Below are positions 1 to 8,193 of a DNA stretch of 64,000 nt, in pieces. The stretch is from Verrucomicrobiaceae bacterium. GTDB lineage: Bacteria; Verrucomicrobiota; Verrucomicrobiia; Verrucomicrobiales; Verrucomicrobiaceae. The notes under the pieces were generated by a model. The model searched no databases. It was not told the DNA's origin and saw only the letters and a list, made by a program, of their open reading frames with translations. The translations under genes were made by a program, and so were the position numbers. Numbering within the stretch: the first letter of the stretch is position 1; the number at the start of each line of letters is the position of its first letter. The stretch is from positions 17,061 to 81,060 of the forward strand of contig JAIXOU010000119.1 of the NCBI GenBank assembly GCA_027486585.1, in the 5' to 3' direction.

Positions 1-843
1 GGTCAAGGTAAAGGTGCCACCGCTGATGTCCGTCGTGGCACCACTGTTCACACGGCCCATTGCAGTGAGCGTATTGCTGCCAATGCCTGAAATCGGGAGG
101 TAAACAAAGGCCACCGGATCCTGCTCATAGGATGCTCCATTCGAGCCGTTGTCATGCACCCACACGGTGAAGGAGCCATCGGCATTCGCACGGGACAGAG
201 CGTAGTTGTCTTCGTTCTTCGCATGGTTCACTAGCAGGATGCCATTCGCGGAACTGCCACCGAGGGATGTGAGATTCACTGTAGAGATACCCGTCGTCGC
301 ACCATCCACGAAGTGCGTGCCCAGCGTGATGCCGGGGCTGGCAGTCAGCGCGTTGTTCGCGCCACCATTCGTGCCGGTCGAGTTGCGAACAAAGCCACCA
401 AGGAAGGTGTTATAGGGGAACCAGACGCACGCGACGTTTATATTTGTCTCATCACCGACGGCATTACGGAAGATAGGCACCCAATAACGGCCCACGTTCG
501 CACTGCCGACGAAATCAGTGGCGCTTGAGGCGTAAAACAAACCGATGGTGTCCCCGCTGGCCGTATTATCGCGTCCATTCTGAGAGACCGCAGTGAGCAT
601 CAAGCCACCTGTGACGTCATTGGCTGTGCCGAAGGTGACATCATAGTCGCCGCGATTGCCGCCAAGCACATTGAAGCCGGTCGAGCTACCCGGGCCTTTG
701 GTCAAAGTGACCGACGTCGCATTGTTGCCGGAGTCGTTTTGTTGAACAAGAACATTGCCGAACTGAACGGTTTGGGCCGAAGCAAGGATCGGAGAGAAGA
801 GCAGCAGTGCTGCGAGTCGTCGAAGAGTGTTGATATTGAACAT
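1..843 (-). CDS. 5' part of a secreted beta-rich protein with tandem ~110-aa repeats; runs off the left edge
   Basis: Manual translation, absent from the ORF track because no stop lies in the window. ATG at 843 and an open frame to base 1: MFNINTLRRLAALLLFSPILASA|QTVQFGNVLVQQNDSGNN...FTVWVHDNGSNGASYEQDPVAFVYLP... Sec signal peptide; 33 bp downstream of the TPR gene on the same strand. Confidence 0.85.
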   Translation of the reverse strand, partial: MFNINTLRRLAALLLFSPILASAQTVQFGNVLVQQNDSGNNATSVTLTKGPGSSTGFNVLGGNRGDYDVTFGTANDVTGGLMLTAVSQNGRDNTASGDTIGLFYASSATDFVGSANVGRYWVPIFRNAVGDETNINVACVWFPYNTFLGGFVRNSTGTNGGANNALTASPGITLGTHFVDGATTGISTVNLTSLGGSSANGILLVNHAKNEDNYALSRANADGSFTVWVHDNGSNGASYEQDPVAFVYLPISGIGSNTLTAMGRVNSGATTDISGGTFTLT

Positions 844-876
844 TGGGGGAGGGCTTGGGGATTGGAAAAGTTGAAA

Positions 877-1746
877 TCAGCGAGCCGCCGGAGGCGCGAC
901 GACGGGAGCGATGGCCTTGATGCCAAGTGTCTGGCGCGACTCCGTGAGCAGCGCCATCATGAGGGCCGTTCCGCGTTGCAGACTGGGCATGGCCGAGAGT
1001 CTGGAGTGCAACGCAGTCCAGGCTGTGCGCGCATCCGCGTCACGGCCTGCCTTGGCAAGAAGCCGCGCACGACGTGCCATCCAGGGCTCTGGCTGCAACG
1101 CCTGACGCTCCATTTGCGCGATAAGCGTCAGCGCATCATCAGGCTCGGGCGCGGACTCAGCCTGAGCCAATAGCTTCGCCACGATCTCAGGATCTGCACC
1201 ATCACGGAAGGCATTAGCGCGCATCAAACGAGTGGCTTCGTCATTCAGTCCTGATGCTTGCATCGCCTCTACCGTTTCGAGAATAAGATCCGCCTTTGGT
1301 AGATTCAAACGTGCGAGCACGAACTCATAGTCAGTCACGGCCGCCTTGTGCTCATGTAGTTTCACTAGAACGCGCGCCCTTTGCTGATGCGCGCCCACAT
1401 GCTCAGGCTTCTCCCGTAGAAAGGCATCCAACACACCTCGCGCCGCCTTCAAATGCCCACCCGCAGCCAGCGCCTGACCTTGCACATAAGCCGTCTCAAA
1501 TTTCTCTGGAGCCAAACGGTCCACGATTTCCAGTTCCTCCAAAGCAGCGGTCCACTCGCCATGCTCTTGATGCGCACAGGCAAAACGAAAATGAAGCGCA
1601 GGATCATTTGGCGCGCTTTCCAGTTCCTTTGTCACCTCCGCCACGACATCATGGTAAGCACCATGCCCCATGACGAACGGAACACCGGCCCCATTCATAA
1701 CAAGCAGTGCCAGATAAAGCGGGAGTCGAAATCTTGAGCGTAGCAT
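877..1746 (-). CDS. Exported tetratricopeptide-repeat (TPR-like) protein
   Basis: Signal or TM segment, then HGAYHD, then helical TPR-like repeats (ALHFRFACAHQEHGEWTAALEEL; AYVQGQALAAGGHLKAARGVL; AHQQRARVLVKLHEHKAAVTDY). ATG 1746 preferred over GTG 1767. Confidence 0.75.
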   Translation of the reverse strand: MLRSRFRLPLYLALLVMNGAGVPFVMGHGAYHDVVAEVTKELESAPNDPALHFRFACAHQEHGEWTAALEELEIVDRLAPEKFETAYVQGQALAAGGHLKAARGVLDAFLREKPEHVGAHQQRARVLVKLHEHKAAVTDYEFVLARLNLPKADLILETVEAMQASGLNDEATRLMRANAFRDGADPEIVAKLLAQAESAPEPDDALTLIAQMERQALQPEPWMARRARLLAKAGRDADARTAWTALHSRLSAMPSLQRGTALMMALLTESRQTLGIKAIAPVVAPPAAR

Positions 1747-1789
1747 GATACCGCATTTCATAAGCACGCCTGCGAGTTTCGCCCGCTAA

Positions 1790-1811
1790 CTAGCGTGACA
1801 TTTGCGCTACT
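1790..1811 (-). promoter_or_regulatory. Candidate 11-bp-period direct-repeat operator (Pho-box-like)
   Basis: Minus strand reads AGTAGCGCAAA-TGTCACGCTAG about 45 bp upstream of the TPR gene. The TGTCAC half-site resembles the E. coli Pho box half-site CTGTCA(T/C). Confidence 0.25.
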
Positions 1812-1868
1812 GATTTATTCGTCACCAAATTTAATGTAACATGCTTCCGTGTCATCAGATCGTCTGAT

Positions 1869-1982
1869 CGGCCTTCGCGCCAAACGTGTGGACATTGATC
1901 CGAAGAACGCTGCTGGAGGACTAAATTGATTCAGCTGCGAGCGAACTGCCGAGCATGGCAAATTCAGCAGAAGTGAAGGCCG
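1869..1982 (+). other. Nested inverted-repeat element (possible structured RNA)
   Basis: Outer stem 1869-1878/1973-1982 (10 bp, one G-U), inner stem 1910-1917/1963-1970 (8 bp, one G-U), hairpin TGCC-gagcat-GGCA at 1947-1960; intergenic. Confidence 0.3.
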
Positions 1983-2042
1983 TGCGGCGGGGTCTCAACC
2001 TACGGTGTGCCGTTGCAGCTTAGCCGAGCGAGAAAGCATACC

Positions 2043-3329
2043 TCACTGATTCGTCGCGGCAGGTGATGGCTCCTTGAAAGCGGTCGGAAGGCGCTTGAAG
2101 CAGATCGCTACTGAAATGATCAACAGCACGAGCGCGGAGAACAAAAGCGCCGAGGATGTGATCACGAAGAAACCGAGGAACTGTTCCCGTCCTGGAAATA
2201 GGCCGCGTCCGAGCATCACACCGACGTAGCCGAGGTAACCGATGGCATCGGCGAGATACATGAGGAAGCCAAGGTTTCCGCGTTCGCGCGTCAGGGCGAT
2301 GAACCGCTCGAAGATGGTGGTGTGCACGGCAACGTACGGAACATACATGCCGACACCGAGGAGCACCATGAAAGCGAATGGAGGAATGATGTTCCGGTGA
2401 TGAGCCCACAGCGCCAGCAGACCGAGACCGAGCCCAGCGATGGAGAGCAGCAGCCCGGTGAAGAAGGCGCGGCGGTTGTCCTTTATGAGCACAAGCGCAC
2501 CATTGGCGATGACGACGACGAGTGTGACCCACAGCTCGGATTGAGTGAAGATGGCGGGTTGCGATGCATGGCCGAGTCCGGACCAGATCTCGGGTGCGAA
2601 GTCGGCACGCAGGCTGCGCAGGATGGTGATGAGTAGATAGGCCAGGACGATCCCCAGCAGGCCGAGACCATGACGCCGCAGGAGCGTGATACGCTCGGCT
2701 GCGGTCATAGGCGTGCGGCAAGAGCGGGCAGCTTCATCGTCCTGACTGGGCGGCGGGATCTGCTGGAGCATCCACACAAACACCAGGAGCGGTGCCAGAA
2801 AGAGCAGCCCGGCAGTGAACGGCATCCAGCGCTCGGTGATGCCGTTTTGTAAAAGCAGCGCACCGGCTGATTTCGACACGCCATCGGCGAGGATGAAGCT
2901 GGCGCACAATCCGGCAACGAACACCTCAGTCATGCAGCGGCCTTCCACAAAACCGAGCACCAGTCCGAACACCATGCCGAGGGCGAGACCATTCAAAAAC
3001 AAACACACGGCATCCAGCGGTGCAGGCACGATGGCAAACAGCAGCAGCACGAGATGCGCGATGCCAATGAGGCAGAGAAAGGCCCGTGCGCGCCCGGTGG
3101 TGGTCATTTCAGCAATGACTTTGATACCGATGAACTTCGACAGCATGTAGCCGATCACTTGTGCGGTCACGAGCCACGCCTTGGTCTCAGCGCCACCGAA
3201 TCCGGCTGCGGTGAAGGGCTTGCGAAAGCCATACATGCACGCATACGCACCGAACGCGGCCAGCACGCACCACAGCGTGAAGAACCAGGGCCGCGCCATC
3301 CAGCGCGTGAGCAGCGGGTGATGGCTCAT
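2043..3329 (-). CDS. DUF5690-family MFS-like membrane protein, probable phosphonate permease
   Basis: About 11-12 hydrophobic helices; N-terminal YACMYGFRKPFTAA and AQVIGYMLSKFIGIK typical of DUF5690; ATGA overlap with the HD gene; last gene of the phosphonate cluster. Confidence 0.75.
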   Translation of the reverse strand: MSHHPLLTRWMARPWFFTLWCVLAAFGAYACMYGFRKPFTAAGFGGAETKAWLVTAQVIGYMLSKFIGIKVIAEMTTTGRARAFLCLIGIAHLVLLLFAIVPAPLDAVCLFLNGLALGMVFGLVLGFVEGRCMTEVFVAGLCASFILADGVSKSAGALLLQNGITERWMPFTAGLLFLAPLLVFVWMLQQIPPPSQDDEAARSCRTPMTAAERITLLRRHGLGLLGIVLAYLLITILRSLRADFAPEIWSGLGHASQPAIFTQSELWVTLVVVIANGALVLIKDNRRAFFTGLLLSIAGLGLGLLALWAHHRNIIPPFAFMVLLGVGMYVPYVAVHTTIFERFIALTRERGNLGFLMYLADAIGYLGYVGVMLGRGLFPGREQFLGFFVITSSALLFSALVLLIISVAICFKRLPTAFKEPSPAATNQ

Positions 3330-3880
3330 GCGGCAGCGCGGACAAAGGTTTGCAGCAGCGGGATGAACGAGTCGAGGTCCGGCGTCGACATCTCGGGCAC
3401 CTTGCCCATGTCGTCATAGCGGCGCACTCGCACGGCGAGGTCAAAGTGCGGTTCGCTCTCGAACTCGCGCGCTTCGTCCGCGTTCATCGGCCCGCCTTGC
3501 AGATGCAGGCTCGAGCGCGAGGCATCGGAGAGACCATCATGATAGGCCGGTTCCTTCCAGCAGAGATAACGCTTCGCCGCGACATGCAATCGGCACGCAT
3601 CGACGATGTCATCGGTGAAGAGCGGCTTGAGCTTTTGATAGCCGACGTGCTCATGCCGGGCATCCACGCCATGATTTGCGATGTCTTCTCCGAGCTGATG
3701 ACAAAGGTGACCGTAGTCGTGCAGTAGCGCGGCAGCGATGACGACCGGAGGATCGCCAGCTTGCTGGGCGAAGGTCGCGCATTGCAGAGCATGCTGAAGC
3801 TCCGTCACGTCCTCGCCATAGTGACGATGACCGTGCTCACGATAGGTTCGCAGCAGGTCGTCGAGGTTGTTTGGATTCAT
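3326..3880 (-). CDS. phnZ: HD-domain phosphonate oxygenase, PhnZ-like
   Basis: YGEDVTELQHALQCA, AALLHDYGH, HEHVG, LHVAAKRYLC, RRYDDMGK: the PhnZ di-iron ligand pattern, in a phosphonate gene context. Confidence 0.8.
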   Translation of the reverse strand: MNPNNLDDLLRTYREHGHRHYGEDVTELQHALQCATFAQQAGDPPVVIAAALLHDYGHLCHQLGEDIANHGVDARHEHVGYQKLKPLFTDDIVDACRLHVAAKRYLCWKEPAYHDGLSDASRSSLHLQGGPMNADEAREFESEPHFDLAVRVRRYDDMGKVPEMSTPDLDSFIPLLQTFVRAAA

Positions 3881-3920
3881 GATAAAGAATGTTGAAGTTT
3901 GAATCCCAGGTCAAAGAAGT

Positions 3921-3942
3921 TTGCCGCAACAAGTCCGTGACA
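3921..3942 (-). promoter_or_regulatory. Candidate Pho-box-like direct repeat in the 63-bp gap upstream of phnZ
   Basis: Minus strand TGTCACGGACT-TGTTGCGGCAA: 11-bp period, 6 of 8 identity between half-sites. Confidence 0.35.
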
Positions 3943-3943
3943 T

Positions 3944-4969
3944 TCACCGGTTCATCGAGATCGCGACCCGCGCCCAGCGGCGCGTCGCTGATAGCGCAAA
4001 GCCTTCGTCCAAATGCGCCAGTGGCAGCGGCGAACTGACGAGCGAAGCCCAGGGCAGCGCCGATTGCGTGAGGAATGCCACGGCCATGTCGAGGTGACGC
4101 GGCGCGTAGTTGTGAAAGCCTCGCACGCTCACGCAGCCGCGAATGATGGTCTCACCGGTGATGTTCAACGCAGAATCTGGATGCACCATGCCGACAAAAA
4201 GATAGTGCCCGCCGGGGCGCAACATGCGCAGCCCTTCGTTTACGATAGATGGTACGCCCGCCGCCTCGATCACTACATCCGCGCACTTCGCAGGCACATC
4301 CGCGCTTAGCATCGCCTCGCCGCCAAACTCCGCCACAAGTCCGAGCCGCGCTTCATCGGTGTCCACCACGATCACGCGCTCAACACCTGCCGCCCGCAGC
4401 AGCGCGCAGCCGTGCAGCCCCAGCAAACCGGCACCCTGCACCACCGCTACATGGCACGGCGATGGCAGATGCTCGGTGACATTCGCCATCGTCGCGAGCG
4501 AGCAGTTCGCCGCTGCCGCTACGGCATCCGCCACGTTTTCAGGCACCTCCACGAGATGCGTGCCGGCTCGGAGAACGATGTGCGTGGCGTAGGTGCCATG
4601 CAGCCCGCTGGCCTCATGCAGCGTGGCGTGACCATATTTGAAAACACGCTCGCATTTCTGCGGCAGATCCCACTGCGTGCATGCCGTGCATTGCCCGCAA
4701 CTATCCGCCGAGCTCCAGGTGACACGTCTGCCCATCCATCGCTCGCGCCCGGCACCCGCCGCGATCACTCGCCCTACGCCTTCATGGCCCAGCACGCATG
4801 GCGACGGCTCCATGCGCCTGCCGGAGTGCGTGTGCAGGTCAGAGCCACAGATTGTTGCCAGCGCAATCTCCACGATCATCTCACCTGCCTGGAGCGCCGA
4901 TGGCAAAAGCAGCTCCACCATGCGGAACGCTGTTCCTGCTTGGTCGAAGATGGCGGCGTGGGCGTTCAT
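3944..4969 (-). CDS. Zinc-binding alcohol dehydrogenase, phosphonate-catabolism-associated type (TIGR03366-like)
   Basis: ICGSDLH and GHEG catalytic Zn motifs; CGQCTAC...C structural Zn; GAGLLG Rossmann fold; ATGA overlap with phnX. Confidence 0.85.
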   Translation of the reverse strand: MNAHAAIFDQAGTAFRMVELLLPSALQAGEMIVEIALATICGSDLHTHSGRRMEPSPCVLGHEGVGRVIAAGAGRERWMGRRVTWSSADSCGQCTACTQWDLPQKCERVFKYGHATLHEASGLHGTYATHIVLRAGTHLVEVPENVADAVAAAANCSLATMANVTEHLPSPCHVAVVQGAGLLGLHGCALLRAAGVERVIVVDTDEARLGLVAEFGGEAMLSADVPAKCADVVIEAAGVPSIVNEGLRMLRPGGHYLFVGMVHPDSALNITGETIIRGCVSVRGFHNYAPRHLDMAVAFLTQSALPWASLVSSPLPLAHLDEGFALSATRRWARVAISMNR

Positions 4970-5745
4970 GCAGCTTGGGCTTCAATCCAAGCTGGCAACT
5001 CCGCGATGCTCTTCAGTACCACATCCGCTCCGGCTTCTTTGAGACGCTTTTCAGCCAGCTCGATTCTTTGCTGCCGTTCCTCGGCTGATAGCGATTGCAG
5101 CGTTTCCAGGCTCAGTCCCACTTCGTTGCCGCACTCGCTCAGACCGATGCAGATCATGCCCGCGTTGCGCCCTTCAGCCATGTCGGCGGGTGTGTCGCCG
5201 ACCTTGATGCAGCGTGACAACGGATACACGCCGCATTGTTCCGCGATGCGGAAGCAAGCCCACGGGGCAGGGCGGCCTTGCGGCACTTCATCAGCACAGA
5301 TCACCACTTCAGGATAAATGCCCGATGCGCGGGCGACTGGCTCAAGCACATCCATCATCGCGCGAATGTAGCCCGTGGTGCTGCCGATGCGGATGCCACG
5401 CTCGCGCAGCCAATGCAAGGTTTCAACAGCACCCGGAATCGGTGCCGCATGAACGAGCAGCTCGGCGGGTAGCAGTAGCGCAAAGTCGTCATAGATGGCC
5501 TGCACGAGTGTTTCGTCGGGCTCGCGCTTCAGCTCTGATCGCACGCGCGTAGCGATCTCGGGGTAGTGCAGGATTTCGCGAACATGATCGCGTTTGTGCG
5601 CCCCCATCGGCTTGCGAGCGGTCTCGTCGCTAATCGGCAGGCCCGCGTTTTCAAACGCACGATGAAATGCCGCGAGCGGCGCACAGCAGCCGAAGTCCAC
5701 CAGGGTTCCAGCCCAGTCGAATATGATGAGGCCAGGCAGGTTCAT
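4966..5745 (-). CDS. phnX: Phosphonoacetaldehyde hydrolase (phosphonatase, HAD family)
   Basis: IIFDWAGTLVDFG (HAD motif I), PMGAHKRDHVR (Schiff-base Lys), GRPAPW, KVGDTPADMAEGRNAG. Confidence 0.92.
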   Translation of the reverse strand: MNLPGLIIFDWAGTLVDFGCCAPLAAFHRAFENAGLPISDETARKPMGAHKRDHVREILHYPEIATRVRSELKREPDETLVQAIYDDFALLLPAELLVHAAPIPGAVETLHWLRERGIRIGSTTGYIRAMMDVLEPVARASGIYPEVVICADEVPQGRPAPWACFRIAEQCGVYPLSRCIKVGDTPADMAEGRNAGMICIGLSECGNEVGLSLETLQSLSAEERQQRIELAEKRLKEAGADVVLKSIAELPAWIEAQAA

Positions 5746-6863
5746 GAGTTCCAGGATTGAATCGTTCGTTGGGCCAGACCCCAGCTCAGCGTCATGCCGA
5801 GTCCTCCCATCGCCGTGACCATGGTCACACGCTCACGAGGATGCAGCACCACCTGCGTTTGGCCGATTCTGCTCTTCAAGTAAATGCCCTGCCAGCGGGA
5901 AGCGATGCGCAGGTCAGGGATGATCGCAAAGTCTCGCAGTGCGCCGAGGATCAGTTCGTCCACCTCCGGTTGGCTGCCGGGCGGCAGGTCCAGGCCATAC
6001 TCGTGCGAGTCGCCCAGTGTCAGCGTGCCATCGTGATGCTGCGCCGCGATGACATGCACGCCCCAGCGATGATGCTCCGGCAGCTCAGCCTCCAGGCGTG
6101 TGCGTAGCTTTGCCGTGCTGGGGCAGTCCCGGAAGGCTGGGTAGTGGCACAGCGTCAGGTCGCTGACAAAAATGGCACCGAGGTCATAGCCCGCCCGCTG
6201 CGGCACCGTGCGCATCATTTGCAGACGGCATGGTTGAATTTGCGCGGAAGCCAATTCCTCTGGGAAGAAAAGCCGCATCTCCTCACCCGCAGCGATGACG
6301 AGCTGATCAAAGGCAAACGTCCGACCATCCGCCGTGTCCACGCTGTCCGCATGGATCTTCACCGCAGGCGTGCCGAAGTGAATCGTCACCCCGAGCTGCC
6401 TCGCGTAATCCGTCAGCGCCGGGATCGCCGAGGGCGTGTGGATGACCGTTTCCTCCTGGCTGAACAAAGCCCCGCGTAGACCCTGCGGATTCGCCGCCGG
6501 AAAGCGCCGCGTTACCTCTCCAGCCTCCAGTAGCTCAAAGTCGCCATTCGCAGCGCCAAACTCATTCAGCACACTCCACGCCTCCTCGCGGTAGGCGAGA
6601 CTCAGCGACCCTTTAGCACTGTGCCAGATACCTGCCGCTGCCGCGATCTCTTTCCACCGCTTCACCCCAAACAGCGCCTGATCACGCTCCGGCCCGAACG
6701 CACAGCCAATCGGCCACAGCGTGCCGAAGTTCCGAATCGAAGCCCCAAGCGCTCGGCCATCGCGCTCCAGGATCGTGACGCTATGCCCGGCCTCTCTCGC
6801 CGTGATGGCATGGGTGAGACCGATAACGCCTGCGCCGATGATGAGAACTCGCTGTGATGACAT
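5742..6863 (-). CDS. FAD-dependent oxidoreductase of phosphonate clusters (TIGR03364-like; probable aminophosphonate amine oxidase)
   Basis: IIGAGVIG dinucleotide fold, GASIRNFG, LTLGDSHEYG, WQGIY, GGLGMTLS; ATGA overlap with phnX. Confidence 0.85.
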   Translation of the reverse strand: MSSQRVLIIGAGVIGLTHAITAREAGHSVTILERDGRALGASIRNFGTLWPIGCAFGPERDQALFGVKRWKEIAAAAGIWHSAKGSLSLAYREEAWSVLNEFGAANGDFELLEAGEVTRRFPAANPQGLRGALFSQEETVIHTPSAIPALTDYARQLGVTIHFGTPAVKIHADSVDTADGRTFAFDQLVIAAGEEMRLFFPEELASAQIQPCRLQMMRTVPQRAGYDLGAIFVSDLTLCHYPAFRDCPSTAKLRTRLEAELPEHHRWGVHVIAAQHHDGTLTLGDSHEYGLDLPPGSQPEVDELILGALRDFAIIPDLRIASRWQGIYLKSRIGQTQVVLHPRERVTMVTAMGGLGMTLSWGLAQRTIQSWNS

Positions 6864-6951
6864 GCTTGAAATGGAATGGCCGAATCAGTGGCTCACATGT
6901 CGCCGATGTCCAGTGTCAGCAAGCTTGAAATGCTACCTCGGCTTTGATGTT

Positions 6952-8193
6952 TTATTGGCTCATTCGGCGTTGCGTGGGATTGCTCACTCCAAGGAAATCA
7001 TGAATGCCCTTTGCGATGCCAGGGAACGCGGCCATGCTTTCCCAATTGAAGATGCAGACGTAGCGGCATCGCGGATCAGCGAGCGTCTTCGTCAAGGCAT
7101 CGTGCCATGCCTTGGCATCGCCAGAAGCCAGCCAATACTCGCACGCGGCCCAATGTGGAGCGTCGTAGCGCGCGAGGTTGCGCTGCACGCCGGTGTCGAG
7201 TCGTGGGTCGGAGGCGTGTTTGTAAAAGCTCCAGGCGGGGCAGGAGTCAGGATTCACGGGCACATCGTAAAGCAGTTCGCCGTCCTTCCAGCCGACACCG
7301 TGAGCGAAGAGCTTGTCATGCGACACGCCGAGTTGCGCGGCCTCGCGGCAGAGTGTGGCGAGATAGCGCTGGCAGACATTGCGTAAGTCGCTTTCCACGA
7401 GGCTGCCGCTGGTGCGAATGCCGGAGGTTTTTACCGCTGCATAACCAATTTGGGCCCGGCCACGCGAGAGCACGTTTTCGGCATCGAAGAGCAGCACCGG
7501 ATCATCCGCCAATGGCTTGCCGAGTAGTTCATTGCCGCTTTCAAAATGATATGCGCTGCCGCCGATGGAGGTCTCGTGCCCAAGCTTGATGCCAATGAGC
7601 AGATGCTTCTTCTCTGCTGGCAACTTGCCATGCCAGTCTAGCACGATGGGAATCAGTCGCCGCAGCTCCGCTTTACACGCCTCGACATAGCGTGGGCTCG
7701 CCAGATTCGGCTGTGGCAGCACCCGCACCTGCTTTCCCCAGTCTCGCCAGGCGATTTTGATAGCATTCTCTGGCGCCCAGCCGGTCCACTCAACATTCTC
7801 ACGATTCGTCGGATCGTAGCCGGGCTTTGTCGCGTCCCACCAATTCCAAAGATCGGGACGCGCCTCCCACCAGTGCTCCGTGTCGATCTGAACCACCACC
7901 GGCGTGCTCGTCTGCTCCGATGCTTCGAGAAACACCCTCAGCGCCTTCACCGTCGTCTCTGGCGGCGTGCGGAAGGCTGAGAAGATGTGACTCACCGCCG
8001 TCTGCACTGGCTTATCCGGCGCATTCGGAAACATCGCGAGCACTTCGTCGAATGCCTTCTGCCCTAGCGAAGCGGGTTCTCCCTGATACACGCCCTGGCC
8101 TGGTGCACGGTTGAAGACGACGTATTGCGTGGTGTCGGTGGCGAAGACAGAGCATCCCCACAAAGTTAAGACAAACAGAAGCGCAGTTTTCAT
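6952..8193 (-). CDS. Secreted hypothetical protein with a GH-A-clan-like (beta/alpha)8 pattern
   Basis: Signal peptide; beta-strand-like segments ending in GHETS (possible acid/base Glu) and WAACEYW (possible nucleophile Glu), C-terminal YVCIFNW. Fold is inferred. Confidence 0.5.
   Translation of the reverse strand: MKTALLFVLTLWGCSVFATDTTQYVVFNRAPGQGVYQGEPASLGQKAFDEVLAMFPNAPDKPVQTAVSHIFSAFRTPPETTVKALRVFLEASEQTSTPVVVQIDTEHWWEARPDLWNWWDATKPGYDPTNRENVEWTGWAPENAIKIAWRDWGKQVRVLPQPNLASPRYVEACKAELRRLIPIVLDWHGKLPAEKKHLLIGIKLGHETSIGGSAYHFESGNELLGKPLADDPVLLFDAENVLSRGRAQIGYAAVKTSGIRTSGSLVESDLRNVCQRYLATLCREAAQLGVSHDKLFAHGVGWKDGELLYDVPVNPDSCPAWSFYKHASDPRLDTGVQRNLARYDAPHWAACEYWLASGDAKAWHDALTKTLADPRCRYVCIFNWESMAAFPGIAKGIHDFLGVSNPTQRRMSQ

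Noticed and set aside
4412-5317. 301-aa plus-strand ORF over the ADH and phnX genes
   Set aside because: Antisense to two clearly identified enzymes; Arg/Ala-rich composition typical of non-coding frames.
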